Shown: piece by piece, positions 22,039 to 30,839 of the stretch
Layout of the letters: each line of letters begins with the position of its first letter
Position numbering within the stretch: the first letter of the stretch is position 1
NCBI GenBank assembly: GCA_964620495.1
Contig: CAZUHI010000040.1
Span: 5,323 to 69,322, forward strand
Direction of reading: 5' to 3'
DNA from: an uncultured Rickettsiales bacterium
Lineage (GTDB): Bacteria > Myxococcota_A > UBA796 > UBA9615
DNA length: 64,000 nt
Program-made: the position numbers and the translations under genes
Notes under the pieces: model-generated
Databases searched by the model: none
Told to the model about the DNA's origin: nothing
What the model saw: only the letters and a program-made list of their open reading frames with translations

Positions 22039-23306
22039 CGCACCAGGTCCGCGGCCTCGTCCGGATCCACGGGTGCGCGGAAGACGGACAGCGCCTCCCC
22101 CGCGCCCAGCTCCTGGGGCTCCACCGGCGGGGCTCCACCGTCGAGGCCTTGCACGTCCGCTCCCGCCTGGGCCGCGAAGGGGAAGTCGGAGCCGTCGCCG
22201 AAGATGTTGTTCGGGCCGATCCGCAACCGAACACCGTCGGCGAGCAGGTGGACGCGGTCGTTGGCCTCGAACGTCGTGTCCTCCACGACGAGCAGCATCG
22301 AGCCCAGCGTGGGCGCCGGATCGCCGGCCGTCGCGGTCAGCCCGTCGCTGGTACCCGGGGCGCCCGGGGTGTCGCCCACGGCCGTGGTCCCCAGGGTCGA
22401 GCCCACGATCCGGAGCGCGTCGTCGTCGAGGCCCGGCTTGTGTGCGAACACCGCGGCGTCTGCGTTCCCCTGGGCGATGACCGAATCGAGCACCCCGATG
22501 GTGTGTCGCTGCAGTTGGAGGCCGCGCCCGAGCGCTCCCCCGGCGGCGGGGGACGTGCCCACGACCGATGACGCCGTGACCTCGAGCCAGGCGCCGTCCG
22601 CGAGGAGCCCCACCTCCGTCGCTCCGGTCACGTCCACCCCCTCGAACACGCTGGGCGCCGGAACCTGGGCGAGCGAACTCCCTCCGGACTGCACGGCGAT
22701 GCCCCAGCCGAGGGCCCCGCCATCCGCCACCACGCCGTCCACCGTCACGTCGGTGAATCGTACGCGCGTCACGAGCCCGTCGATCAGCACCCCCACGCGG
22801 CTGGAATCCGACACGTGGACCGTGTCCACGACGATGGGTCCGTCACGACCGGCGCCGTTGTGGATCGCCAGCCCCCGTCGGCCGCCGGAGAGCGTCAGAT
22901 CGCGCAGCACCACGTCCGCCGTGTTCGGCCCGGCGATCTCGACGGCGGGGAGCCCGTCCGGTGCGACGATCTCGGTCGACGAGCCGCACCCCCGAAGGAC
23001 GAGTCCGCCGTCCGACCGCGAGGGGTCGTCCTGGGTGAGGAGGAGTCCGCCCACGTACTCCCCAGTCGCGACCACGATCGTCCTCGGCCCGCCCGCTCGC
23101 GCCGCCGCCAGCCCCTCGGCGAGGGTCGTGAACGGTGTGGCCGAAGACCCGTCGCCACCCGCGGCGGCCGAGCCGTCCACGTGCAGCCGATCCCCGTCGT
23201 CGCCCCACGTGGCGAGGCAGGGGTGCGCGGGGGGCGGCGGCGGGTCCACGACCTCTTCGCAGCCCGCCGACAGGACCAGCGCGATGGCCGCCCAGCGAGC
23301 GTTCAT
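22035..23306 (-). CDS. Right-handed parallel beta-helix repeat lipoprotein (423 aa)
   Basis: Lipobox ALVLSAGC. Similar opening logic to the downstream paralog (...ATPFTTLAEGLAAARAGGPRTIVVATGEY vs ...MGSIQAAVNAAEAAGVSRVVVAAGTY). Confidence 0.75.
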   Translation of the reverse strand: MNARWAAIALVLSAGCEEVVDPPPPPAHPCLATWGDDGDRLHVDGSAAAGGDGSSATPFTTLAEGLAAARAGGPRTIVVATGEYVGGLLLTQDDPSRSDGGLVLRGCGSSTEIVAPDGLPAVEIAGPNTADVVLRDLTLSGGRRGLAIHNGAGRDGPIVVDTVHVSDSSRVGVLIDGLVTRVRFTDVTVDGVVADGGALGWGIAVQSGGSSLAQVPAPSVFEGVDVTGATEVGLLADGAWLEVTASSVVGTSPAAGGALGRGLQLQRHTIGVLDSVIAQGNADAAVFAHKPGLDDDALRIVGSTLGTTAVGDTPGAPGTSDGLTATAGDPAPTLGSMLLVVEDTTFEANDRVHLLADGVRLRIGPNNIFGDGSDFPFAAQAGADVQGLDGGAPPVEPQELGAGEALSVFRAPVDPDEAADLVR

Positions 23307-23405
23307 GTCTCTGCCCGTCTGGGCTGATGAACGGCGGTGTCTCGCAGGATCGCCATGTCTCGATGGTACTGCATGACCTCCACGAGGCGGGTCGCCTACG
23401 CCACG

Positions 23406-24032
23406 TCAAGCCTCGTCCGTCGGCGGCGTGTTCGTCCTCGCGAACGCGGGGCGCGCCAGCATCCGGTCGAGGTATTCCTCGAGCACCCGGGCGCCGAACG
23501 GGACCTTGAAGCCGCGGGCCCAGTTGAGGGTGTGGCCCGCGAAGATGTCGGCCAGGGTGAAGGAGTCGCCGACCAGGAACTCGCGGCCCTCGAGGGCGGC
23601 GGCGAGGACGGGGGCGGCTCGGTTCCACTCGAACGTGGCGGTGTCGAGCATGGCGCGAATCCGGTGCTCCTCGGGGAGGGCGAACCGATGCTTGCCCATG
23701 CTCCACAGGGGCTGCTCGAGCTCGGTGCAGATCCAGAACATCCACTGCTGAAGGAGGGACCACTCGGCGGTCCCGACCTCGGGGATCAACCCCGCCGCGG
23801 GCGCCTTGCCGGCGATGTGCATCGCGATGGCGGCCGACTCGAACAGCACGAGATCGCCGTCCACCAGGGTGGGGACCCGACCGTTGGGGTTGATCCGTCG
23901 GTACTCCGGCGTCCGGTGCTGCCCGGAGCGCAGATCGACGGGCCGGAAGACGTAGGGGACGCCCGCCTCCTCGAGGGTCCACACGACCCGCCGCGTCCGC
24001 GACGAGATGCTTCCGTACACCTGCATGGTCAT
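23406..24032 (-). CDS. Glutathione S-transferase
   Basis: ATG at 24032 preceded by GGAGGCGGAG. Thioredoxin-like N-terminal domain (NPNGRVPTLVDGDLVLFESAAI) and helical C-terminal domain. The remaining 5' part of listed ORF 23406..24662 is noise. Confidence 0.85.
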   Translation of the reverse strand: MTMQVYGSISSRTRRVVWTLEEAGVPYVFRPVDLRSGQHRTPEYRRINPNGRVPTLVDGDLVLFESAAIAMHIAGKAPAAGLIPEVGTAEWSLLQQWMFWICTELEQPLWSMGKHRFALPEEHRIRAMLDTATFEWNRAAPVLAAALEGREFLVGDSFTLADIFAGHTLNWARGFKVPFGARVLEEYLDRMLARPAFARTNTPPTDEA

Positions 24033-24700
24033 CGTTTCTCCGCCTCCAACGGCTCGATCGTCGCCTTCAGGATCCAGTCGAGCTTCGGGAACTCCGAGCG
24101 GAAGTACTCCGCCCCCTCCGTCGCCGCCCGACGCTGGTCGGGCCCTCCCCCCATGGGCGCCCCTTCGCCGTACCCGCTGTAGGCCGCGTAGGCCGCGTCG
24201 AGCTCCCGGACCCGGCCCAGGGGCGCGAAGCCGGACTCGTCCAGGTAGACGTTGTCGCCGAGGTTGAAGAAGAGCTGGGTGGAGCGCGTGCCGGGCCCCG
24301 CGTTCGCGAACGTGAGCGTGCCCCGGACGTTCGAGCCGACGACCGGGTCGTCCGGGATCGACGCGTTCTCCCACAGCGCGTGCACGGCGGGGTCGGGGTG
24401 GATGCCGAACTGCGCGGCGAACCCGTCGATGACGCGGTACATGGCCGCGTCCGTGTAGTAGCCGCTCGCCACCAGCCGATGGAGGCGGTCCACGCCGCGC
24501 GGCGCCCACTCGCGATACACGTCCACGACGATGTCGCCCTGCGTGGTGACGAACCGGACGATGAACTGGTCGGGGGCCCGAGGATCGGGGGCCGTCGGAT
24601 CGGTCAGCGCCGGCATCGCCGCGGGCGCCGAGGACGCGGTCGTGGCCGACGTCTTGGGGCATCCGACCAGGGCCAGCGCGAGGACGAGGAGCAGCCTCAC
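24029..24700 (-). CDS. Cyclophilin-type peptidyl-prolyl cis-trans isomerase, lipoprotein
   Basis: GTG at 24700 gives VRLLLVLALALVGC (lipobox). Shows YRVIDGFAAQFG and GTLTFANAGPGTRSTQLFFNL. Both ends overlap neighbours by 4 nt. Confidence 0.85.
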   Translation of the reverse strand: MRLLLVLALALVGCPKTSATTASSAPAAMPALTDPTAPDPRAPDQFIVRFVTTQGDIVVDVYREWAPRGVDRLHRLVASGYYTDAAMYRVIDGFAAQFGIHPDPAVHALWENASIPDDPVVGSNVRGTLTFANAGPGTRSTQLFFNLGDNVYLDESGFAPLGRVRELDAAYAAYSGYGEGAPMGGGPDQRRAATEGAEYFRSEFPKLDWILKATIEPLEAEKR

Positions 24701-25902
24701 GAGTAGGCCAGGTACCGCGCGCGGCTCTCGAGGAACTCCGCGACCTCGGCGTCCCAGCGCGCCTGGATCTCTCGCAGGCCGGCGCCGCCCTCGACCTCGT
24801 GTCTCAGCGCCTCGCTGCCCCCCAGCAGGTCGATCGCGATGGGGTGCTCCACGTACTCGTAGCGCTCGGTGCGCCACGCGACGTCGTCGGGCCAGAGCGC
24901 CCACGCCGACTTCATGAGCGCGACGGCGGTCATCACCGGGCGGAACGCGACGGGGTCGGTCACGTGCAGCTGGATGCCGCCGCACGCCTGCTCGCCGTGC
25001 TTGTGGAACGTGGGACGGAAGACCAACGGCCGGAGGGCGAAGCCGCCGTAGCCCGCGCCGTGCAGGTCCGCGGTCGTGGCTTCGGCCCACGCGTGCCCCT
25101 CGACGTACGGGGCCCCGACCACCTCGAAGGGCTTGGTGTGTCCCCTGCCCTCGGACAGCAGCGTGCCCTCGAAGAAGCACGTCCCCGGGTACACGAGCGC
25201 GGTGTCGACGGTCGGCATGTTCGGCGACGGCTGCACCCAGGGGATGCCGCAGGCGTCGTAGGGCATGTCCCGGGTCCAGCCGGTCGCCGCGACGACGTAG
25301 AGGTCGCAGTCGATGCCCTGGTCGAGCTTGAACCAGGCCGCGAGCTCGCCCGCGGTCATGCCGTGGCGGTTGGGCAGCGGGAAGCGCCCCACGAAGCTGC
25401 GGAACCCGTCCTGGACGATGTTCCCCTCGACGTGCGTGCCGCCGATGGGGTTGGGGCGGTCGCACACCACGATGCGCGTGCCCGTCCCCACCGCCGTCTC
25501 CATCGCGTGGGCCATCGTGTAGACGTACGTGTAGTACCGAGCGCCCACGTCCTGGATGTCGAACACGACGACGTCGAGGTCTTCGAACGTCTCCGGGGCG
25601 GGCCGCAGGGCCTCCTCGTCCTGCCCGTACAGGCTCACGATCGGCAACCCGGTGCGGCGGTCGGTCTCGCCGCCGTCCACCGGGATCATGTCCTGGGCGT
25701 CTCCCCGCAGGCCGTGCTCCGGGCCGAAGAGGCGCGCCAGCTCGAAGTCGGGGTGCGCGTGGAAGACGTCGATGGCGTGGCGGAAGTCGGGGAAGATCGT
25801 CGAGGCGTTGCAGATGAGGCCGACCCGCTTCCCCTTCAGGACGTGCAGGTGCTCGTCGGTGAGGAGGTTCTCGAGGCCGACTCGGACACGTGGGCTGGAC
25901 AT
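24697..25902 (-). CDS. DUF1343 family protein (NamZ/YbbC-like exo-muramidase family)
   Basis: ATG at 25902 (MSSPRVRVGLENLL). Shows KRVGLICNASTI and VVFDIQDVGARYYTY, which I recall as typical of DUF1343. Confidence 0.75.
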   Translation of the reverse strand: MSSPRVRVGLENLLTDEHLHVLKGKRVGLICNASTIFPDFRHAIDVFHAHPDFELARLFGPEHGLRGDAQDMIPVDGGETDRRTGLPIVSLYGQDEEALRPAPETFEDLDVVVFDIQDVGARYYTYVYTMAHAMETAVGTGTRIVVCDRPNPIGGTHVEGNIVQDGFRSFVGRFPLPNRHGMTAGELAAWFKLDQGIDCDLYVVAATGWTRDMPYDACGIPWVQPSPNMPTVDTALVYPGTCFFEGTLLSEGRGHTKPFEVVGAPYVEGHAWAEATTADLHGAGYGGFALRPLVFRPTFHKHGEQACGGIQLHVTDPVAFRPVMTAVALMKSAWALWPDDVAWRTERYEYVEHPIAIDLLGGSEALRHEVEGGAGLREIQARWDAEVAEFLESRARYLAYS

Positions 25903-26143
25903 GGCGCGGATGCTCGCTCTACGGGGGCAGCATCTCAACACTCGAGCGCGGATTTGCGTCCGCAAGGTCCGGACAGATCGGACCCCGGAAGCGGAATGCT
26001 GCCGGGGCCCGACTCGCGCAGGGGAGAAAGGTCGAAGGAGGAGAGAGCGACCTTTTCCTACCTCCCACAGTAGAGTCCGATTCGGTCCTTCACAAGGGAA
26101 ACGTGCGGCCCCCACGACCGGGCGCCGCTGGAGACTCGACTCG

Positions 26144-26998
26144 ATGACGCGCCCCGTTCGCTTGCTGCTGCTCGCCCTCGTGGCGCTCGTGTCCACGCCG
26201 GGCTGCGCGTACCTCAATCAGCTCATCCAGCCGCCGCAGGTGAGCTTCGACCGCGCGGAGTTCAAGGCGGCCGACTTCGAGACGCTGCGGGTGGACCTGC
26301 ACCTCGCGGTCCACAACCCGAACGTCTTCGGCGCGAAGCTCAGCGGCTACGAGGTGAAGTTCGTCGTCGACGACGTGACGCTGCTCGACGGCGACGTGAA
26401 GCAGTCCCTCGACCTCACCGCGGGGGCCACGGCGGACCTGGTGGTGCCGGTGACCTTCGAGTGGAAGGAGATCGCCTCCAAGGTCGGCGACGTCATGGCG
26501 GGCAAGCCCGTCCCCGATCACGCCCCCTTCCGGGCGGCCGGGAACGTCCGCGTGCAGACGACCCTGGGGGAGATCTCGATCCCGTACGACTTCCGCGGGA
26601 AGATCCCGGTCATCGCGCCCCCCCTGATCGTGCCGAAGGCCGTGAGGCTGGAGCGCGCGACGGCGCTGCGGGTCACCTTGGCGGTGGACGTCGACGTCGA
26701 GAACGTCACCGGGAGACCCCTCGGCCTCGAGTCCTTCGACCACGCCGTGAGGTTCTCCGGTCGGCCGGTGGTCTCCGGCCGCGTCGCCGACGACCTGCCC
26801 GTCGCGGCGCGGTCCACGGAGACCCGCACGGTGACGTTCTCGCTGTCGGCGATCGAGGCGGGGCTGTCGCTGTTCGCGCTCATCCAGAGCGGGGGGCGCG
26901 TGGACGTGAAGTACTCGGGCAGCGCGAAGGTGGACACCGGCATCGGGATCATCCCCTTCGACTTCGACACCACCGAAGGTCTGCGCATCCGCAGATAG
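26144..26998 (+). CDS. Lipoprotein with two LEA-2/WHy-like (LEA14-type) domains
   Basis: ATG at 26144 gives MTRPVRLLLLALVALVSTPGC. Two similar beta-sandwich-like halves are visible (LRVDLHLAVHNPNVFGAKL... and LRVTLAVDVDVENVTGRPL...). Confidence 0.65.
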   Translation: MTRPVRLLLLALVALVSTPGCAYLNQLIQPPQVSFDRAEFKAADFETLRVDLHLAVHNPNVFGAKLSGYEVKFVVDDVTLLDGDVKQSLDLTAGATADLVVPVTFEWKEIASKVGDVMAGKPVPDHAPFRAAGNVRVQTTLGEISIPYDFRGKIPVIAPPLIVPKAVRLERATALRVTLAVDVDVENVTGRPLGLESFDHAVRFSGRPVVSGRVADDLPVAARSTETRTVTFSLSAIEAGLSLFALIQSGGRVDVKYSGSAKVDTGIGIIPFDFDTTEGLRIRR

Positions 26999-27040
26999 AC
27001 CGGCTACTCTCCCGCCGCCCCCGAGCCGGAGAGAGCCCCC

Positions 27041-28183
27041 ATGGCCGCACGCAGCAAGGTCGCTGTCCTCAAGACGAAGCCGTCGACCGCCGTCGAAGAC
27101 GTCCGTCGCGTCATGCAGATGGCGGACTACGCCGAGCACCTCGACCCCGACGCCACGACCATCATCAAGGACAACATCTCCTGGCACCTGCTGTACCCGG
27201 GCGCCAACACGACGCCGTGGCAACTCGAGGGCACGATCATCGAGCTCAAGAACGGCGGGTTCGAGGACCTGGTCTGCGTCCAGAACAAGACCGTGGTCAC
27301 CGACGCCTACAAGGGCGAGCGGCTGAACAACTACCTCCCCGTCCTGTACCGCTACGGCGTGCCGATTCGCTACAACTTCGAGCCGAAGGACATGTCCTGG
27401 GAGGTCTACAAGCCCAAGGCCGAGATGCTCACCTTGGACAAGGTGTTCCCCACGGGCGTGCGGCACCCGGACTTCTTCCACGGCAAGAACGTCGTGCACC
27501 TGCCCACGACCAAGTGCCACATCTACACCACGACCACCGGGTCCATGAAGAACGCGTTCGGCGGCCTGCTCGACACCCGTCGGCACTACTGCCACCCGAC
27601 CATCCACGAGACGCTCGTCGACCTCCTCGCCATCCAGAAGGAGATCCACACCGGCATCTTCACGGTCACCGACGCCACGACGGCCGGCAACGGACCGGGC
27701 CCGCGCACGATGATCCCGGTGCAGAAGGACCTGCTGCTCGCGTCGAGCGACCCCGTCGCCATCGACGCCGTGTCGAGCGCCATGATGGGCTTCGATCCGA
27801 TGTCCCTCCCCTACCTGCGGCTCGCCCACGAGCGCGGGCTGGGCTGCGCGCGGCTCGAGGAGATGGACATCGTCGAAGACGGCGTCGACGTCCGCAAGAC
27901 CAACTGGAACTTCACGGTGGGCGACAACGCCGCCAGCAAGATCGGCGACCTGCTCTGGTTCGGGCCGCTCAAGGCGCTCAACAAGCTCGCCTTCCAGACG
28001 CCGCTGGTCTACGCCTTCATCTTCGGCTCGTTCGTGTACCACGACTACGTCTGGTACCCCTTCGGCGGCGGCCGCGCGGTCGTGGACGAGTGGCTGGAGA
28101 CGAGCCCCTGGGGCGACCTCTTCAAGACCTACGACGCCTCCTCCTTCGTGCCCTGGGACCGTCGCCTGAGCGCGCCCACGTAG
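27041..28183 (+). CDS. DUF362 domain protein
   Basis: 380-aa ORF preceded by GGAGAGAG. Shows IKDNISW..., NLPVLKxH-like TKCHIYTTTTGSMKNAFG and SSDPVAIDAV, recalled from DUF362. Confidence 0.7.
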   Translation: MAARSKVAVLKTKPSTAVEDVRRVMQMADYAEHLDPDATTIIKDNISWHLLYPGANTTPWQLEGTIIELKNGGFEDLVCVQNKTVVTDAYKGERLNNYLPVLYRYGVPIRYNFEPKDMSWEVYKPKAEMLTLDKVFPTGVRHPDFFHGKNVVHLPTTKCHIYTTTTGSMKNAFGGLLDTRRHYCHPTIHETLVDLLAIQKEIHTGIFTVTDATTAGNGPGPRTMIPVQKDLLLASSDPVAIDAVSSAMMGFDPMSLPYLRLAHERGLGCARLEEMDIVEDGVDVRKTNWNFTVGDNAASKIGDLLWFGPLKALNKLAFQTPLVYAFIFGSFVYHDYVWYPFGGGRAVVDEWLETSPWGDLFKTYDASSFVPWDRRLSAPT

Positions 28184-28993
28184 GTGGTCCGCGGCGGCCG
28201 CCCCTCGCCGGCCCCTCCGCCGGTCCGCCACCCCCGCACGACGGCGTGGTGGCAGGCCCTCTCGGGCATCGCCGTCCTCAACATCGCGCTGTGGTTCGCG
28301 GCGCGGTCGGGTGCCCCGGAGACCGAGTACGCCGTCCGTCAGATCGTCCTGGCCGGGATCTTCACGGCCGTCTGCGCCTACCGCTCCTTCCTGCCGCGCA
28401 TAGACCTCGAGCGGTACGTCCTGGTCGACTCGCCCTGGTCGAGCGTCTTCCTGGGCCGGGCGGCGGCGACGGTCGCGGAGATCGCCTTCGCCGCCCAGTG
28501 CGCCTTGGTGCTGCGCGGCCTCGCGACGGCGGCGGGCCTCCCGTTCGTGGCTTCGGCGGCGTGGGCCGCCATCCCCCTGCTCGCCCTCGCGCAGGTCTTC
28601 TGCTGGTACTCGGTCCTGAGCCTCGACCACACCGGCCACGCGATCGAGGAGTCGATCTGGGGCGGCACTCACGCGCTCATCGGCCTCGGCCTGGGCGCCT
28701 GCGCCTATGCGCTCTCGGGCACGCTCGGCACGATCGCGTTCCTCGGGCTCATCCTCGAGGTCGGGTACGTCACCTTCATGTTCACCGTGGACGTGCCCAT
28801 GTACCTCGAGCGACGCCGCCGCGGCCGACCCGAGGACCACCTCGGCCCCGGCGAGGGCCTGATGGACGCGATGACGAGGCGCGTCGCCACCCGCGACTGG
28901 ACGATCTGGAGACCCGAGACGGCGTGGCTCACCGGCTACTTCAGCGGGGCGGTCTGGATCAGCCTGGCGATGGTGTTCGTCCCCGTCGGATGA
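28184..28993 (+). CDS. Polytopic membrane protein, unknown function
   Basis: The GTG starts immediately after the DUF362 stop. About 6 hydrophobic helices. Conserved-looking polar patches (LDHTGHAIEESIWGG). The 3' end overlaps the convergent gene 28959..30839 by 35 nt. Confidence 0.55.
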   Translation: MVRGGRPSPAPPPVRHPRTTAWWQALSGIAVLNIALWFAARSGAPETEYAVRQIVLAGIFTAVCAYRSFLPRIDLERYVLVDSPWSSVFLGRAAATVAEIAFAAQCALVLRGLATAAGLPFVASAAWAAIPLLALAQVFCWYSVLSLDHTGHAIEESIWGGTHALIGLGLGACAYALSGTLGTIAFLGLILEVGYVTFMFTVDVPMYLERRRRGRPEDHLGPGEGLMDAMTRRVATRDWTIWRPETAWLTGYFSGAVWISLAMVFVPVG

Positions 28994-30839
28994 CGGGCAG
29001 CACGTAGAGGCCCGACGAGATGAGCGAGGCCAGGACCGCGGCGAGCCACAGCAGCGCGGACGCTCCCACCTGCACCGGCGCGCGGAAGACCCACACCTGC
29101 TCCGAGCGCGGCCCCACGAGCGGGTGGTCGGCGTCCCAGTGGGTCCATCGCGGGGTCTTGTCCACCCCGCGCTGCACCGAGATCACGCGCGTCCCGTCGG
29201 GCATCGAGAGGCGGAACAAGGTGCCGTCGTCGCCGGCGGGCTCGCGGGCGTGCCTCCGCACGTGGTCCGGGCGGAGCATCGCCAGGTCGACGACCTGGCC
29301 GGCCTCGGTCGCCCCGCCGACGACGAAGCGTCGCAGGAAGGGTCCCTCTTCGACGGCGCGGCCACGGTCCCAGCGGGCGAGCTCGAGCTCCGGGAGGAAG
29401 GCCGGCGTGAGGTGGTCGAGCGGGGGGTTCGGGAGCGGGACGTGCACCGCGGGCCCGAAGCCGGCGGCGGCCAGGTCGATGGGGCGGGCGCACCCGGGCA
29501 GGGACGTCGACCAGCGGGGTCCGAGGGTCCACACGCGGCCGTAGGGGGCGAGGTCGTCGGGCCCGGAGAGGCACCCTGCGAACGACGTGGAGACCGCGAT
29601 CCCGTGGGGCAGATCCGGCATGTGGACCCGGTGCGCCGCGGTGCCGAACACGTAGTCGTCGGGCCGGAGGTCGGCGCGCAGGCGGACCTCCGCGTCGTGG
29701 ACGCCGCGCGGGGGCGAGAACGCGACGGGCACGGCGGTCCACGCCTGCCACGAGAGGACGCCGAGCCCGATCACGGCGGGCAGGACCCGGGACCCGCGGC
29801 CCTCACGGGGGGCGGTCGTGGCGAACAGCAGTGCGATCGCCGGGACGCCCGCGAGGAAGGCCCGGCCGTGGATCTGGGCGAAGCCGTAGCCTCGGAGGTC
29901 GATGACGGACAGCCCGGCGACGCCGGCGAGGGTGAGGAGCGCGCACCACACGCCCGCCACGCCCGGGACTCGTCGACCCGACGCCCTCCATCCCACCACG
30001 GCCACGACCACGAGGAGCCCGAGCAGCGGACCCGCCGCGAGGGGGCTGCGGATGGACTCGTGGTGGCGGTAGCCCTCGAAGAACGCCTCGGCGTTGGACC
30101 CCAGCAGCGGGAGCACGCCGGCGGCCCCCGATCCGTACTCGCCCTCGGGGTCGAGGTGGGGCGCGAACCGCTTGGCCTCGGGGACGTTCGAGAGGCTCCA
30201 GGCCAGGATGCCCGCCAACGGCAGGAGGACCGCCATGGCGACGGCCCACGCGCGTCGGGCTTCCCGCACGGTCCACGGCGTCAGGACGATCGCCGCGGGC
30301 AGCGCGAGCCCGAAGAAGAAGTCGTTGCACATGCCGCCGATGAGGCCGACGGCGAGCAGGACACGGCCGCGCCGGCGCTCGTCCCCGCGGAGGTCGAGGA
30401 GCCCCGCCATCGTGATCGCGGCGAAGAACGGCGTGGCCGCGTAGTTGGACGCCTCGTGGCCGTGGAAGACCAGGATCGGCGACCAGCCCACCATCCACCC
30501 GGCGGCCACGGCGCCGATCCGGCTCGCGTCGCGGCTCGCGACCCACCACGTCGCGACGGCGCCGGCGCACACGAACAGGGCTGCGTGCAGGCGCAGCGTC
30601 GTGGGGGTGACGTCCCCGGCCACGGCCACGATCAACCAGCGCACCCAGTACGACAGCGGCTGGTGCGCGTGAAAGGCGCCCTCGCTCGCGGGGTGCACGG
30701 CCTGCACGAGGATCTCCCACGGGTTCAGCCCGAAGTAGAAGACGACCTCCTCCCCTGCGAGGTCGCGCAGGCCCAGCCCCGAGCACGCCAGGATCGCCGT
30801 CGGCAGGAGCACCGCGAGGACGTCGAGGCGTCGGTTCAC
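28959..30839 (-). CDS. GT-C-fold-like polytopic membrane protein (ArnT/PMT-like) with C-terminal soluble domain
   Basis: 626-aa ORF. About 10 TM helices, then a ~250-aa non-membrane domain and a final TM. The GTG start overlaps the upstream stop (GTGA, 30836-30839). Confidence 0.6.
   Translation of the reverse strand: MNRRLDVLAVLLPTAILACSGLGLRDLAGEEVVFYFGLNPWEILVQAVHPASEGAFHAHQPLSYWVRWLIVAVAGDVTPTTLRLHAALFVCAGAVATWWVASRDASRIGAVAAGWMVGWSPILVFHGHEASNYAATPFFAAITMAGLLDLRGDERRRGRVLLAVGLIGGMCNDFFFGLALPAAIVLTPWTVREARRAWAVAMAVLLPLAGILAWSLSNVPEAKRFAPHLDPEGEYGSGAAGVLPLLGSNAEAFFEGYRHHESIRSPLAAGPLLGLLVVVAVVGWRASGRRVPGVAGVWCALLTLAGVAGLSVIDLRGYGFAQIHGRAFLAGVPAIALLFATTAPREGRGSRVLPAVIGLGVLSWQAWTAVPVAFSPPRGVHDAEVRLRADLRPDDYVFGTAAHRVHMPDLPHGIAVSTSFAGCLSGPDDLAPYGRVWTLGPRWSTSLPGCARPIDLAAAGFGPAVHVPLPNPPLDHLTPAFLPELELARWDRGRAVEEGPFLRRFVVGGATEAGQVVDLAMLRPDHVRRHAREPAGDDGTLFRLSMPDGTRVISVQRGVDKTPRWTHWDADHPLVGPRSEQVWVFRAPVQVGASALLWLAAVLASLISSGLYVLPVIRRGRTPSPG

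Noticed and set aside
18382-23376. 1664-aa ORF on the + strand, the second longest in the track.
   Set aside because: It runs antisense to the two beta-helix lipoprotein genes, and out of frame through the kinase 3' end. The translation is Arg/Gly/Pro-dominated with no recognisable motifs. This is a typical high-GC stop-codon-poor artefact.
26090-28840. 916-aa ORF on the - strand.
   Set aside because: It is antisense to three well-supported + strand genes (LEA-like, DUF362, membrane protein). It is rich in Arg/Gly/Asp with no motifs.
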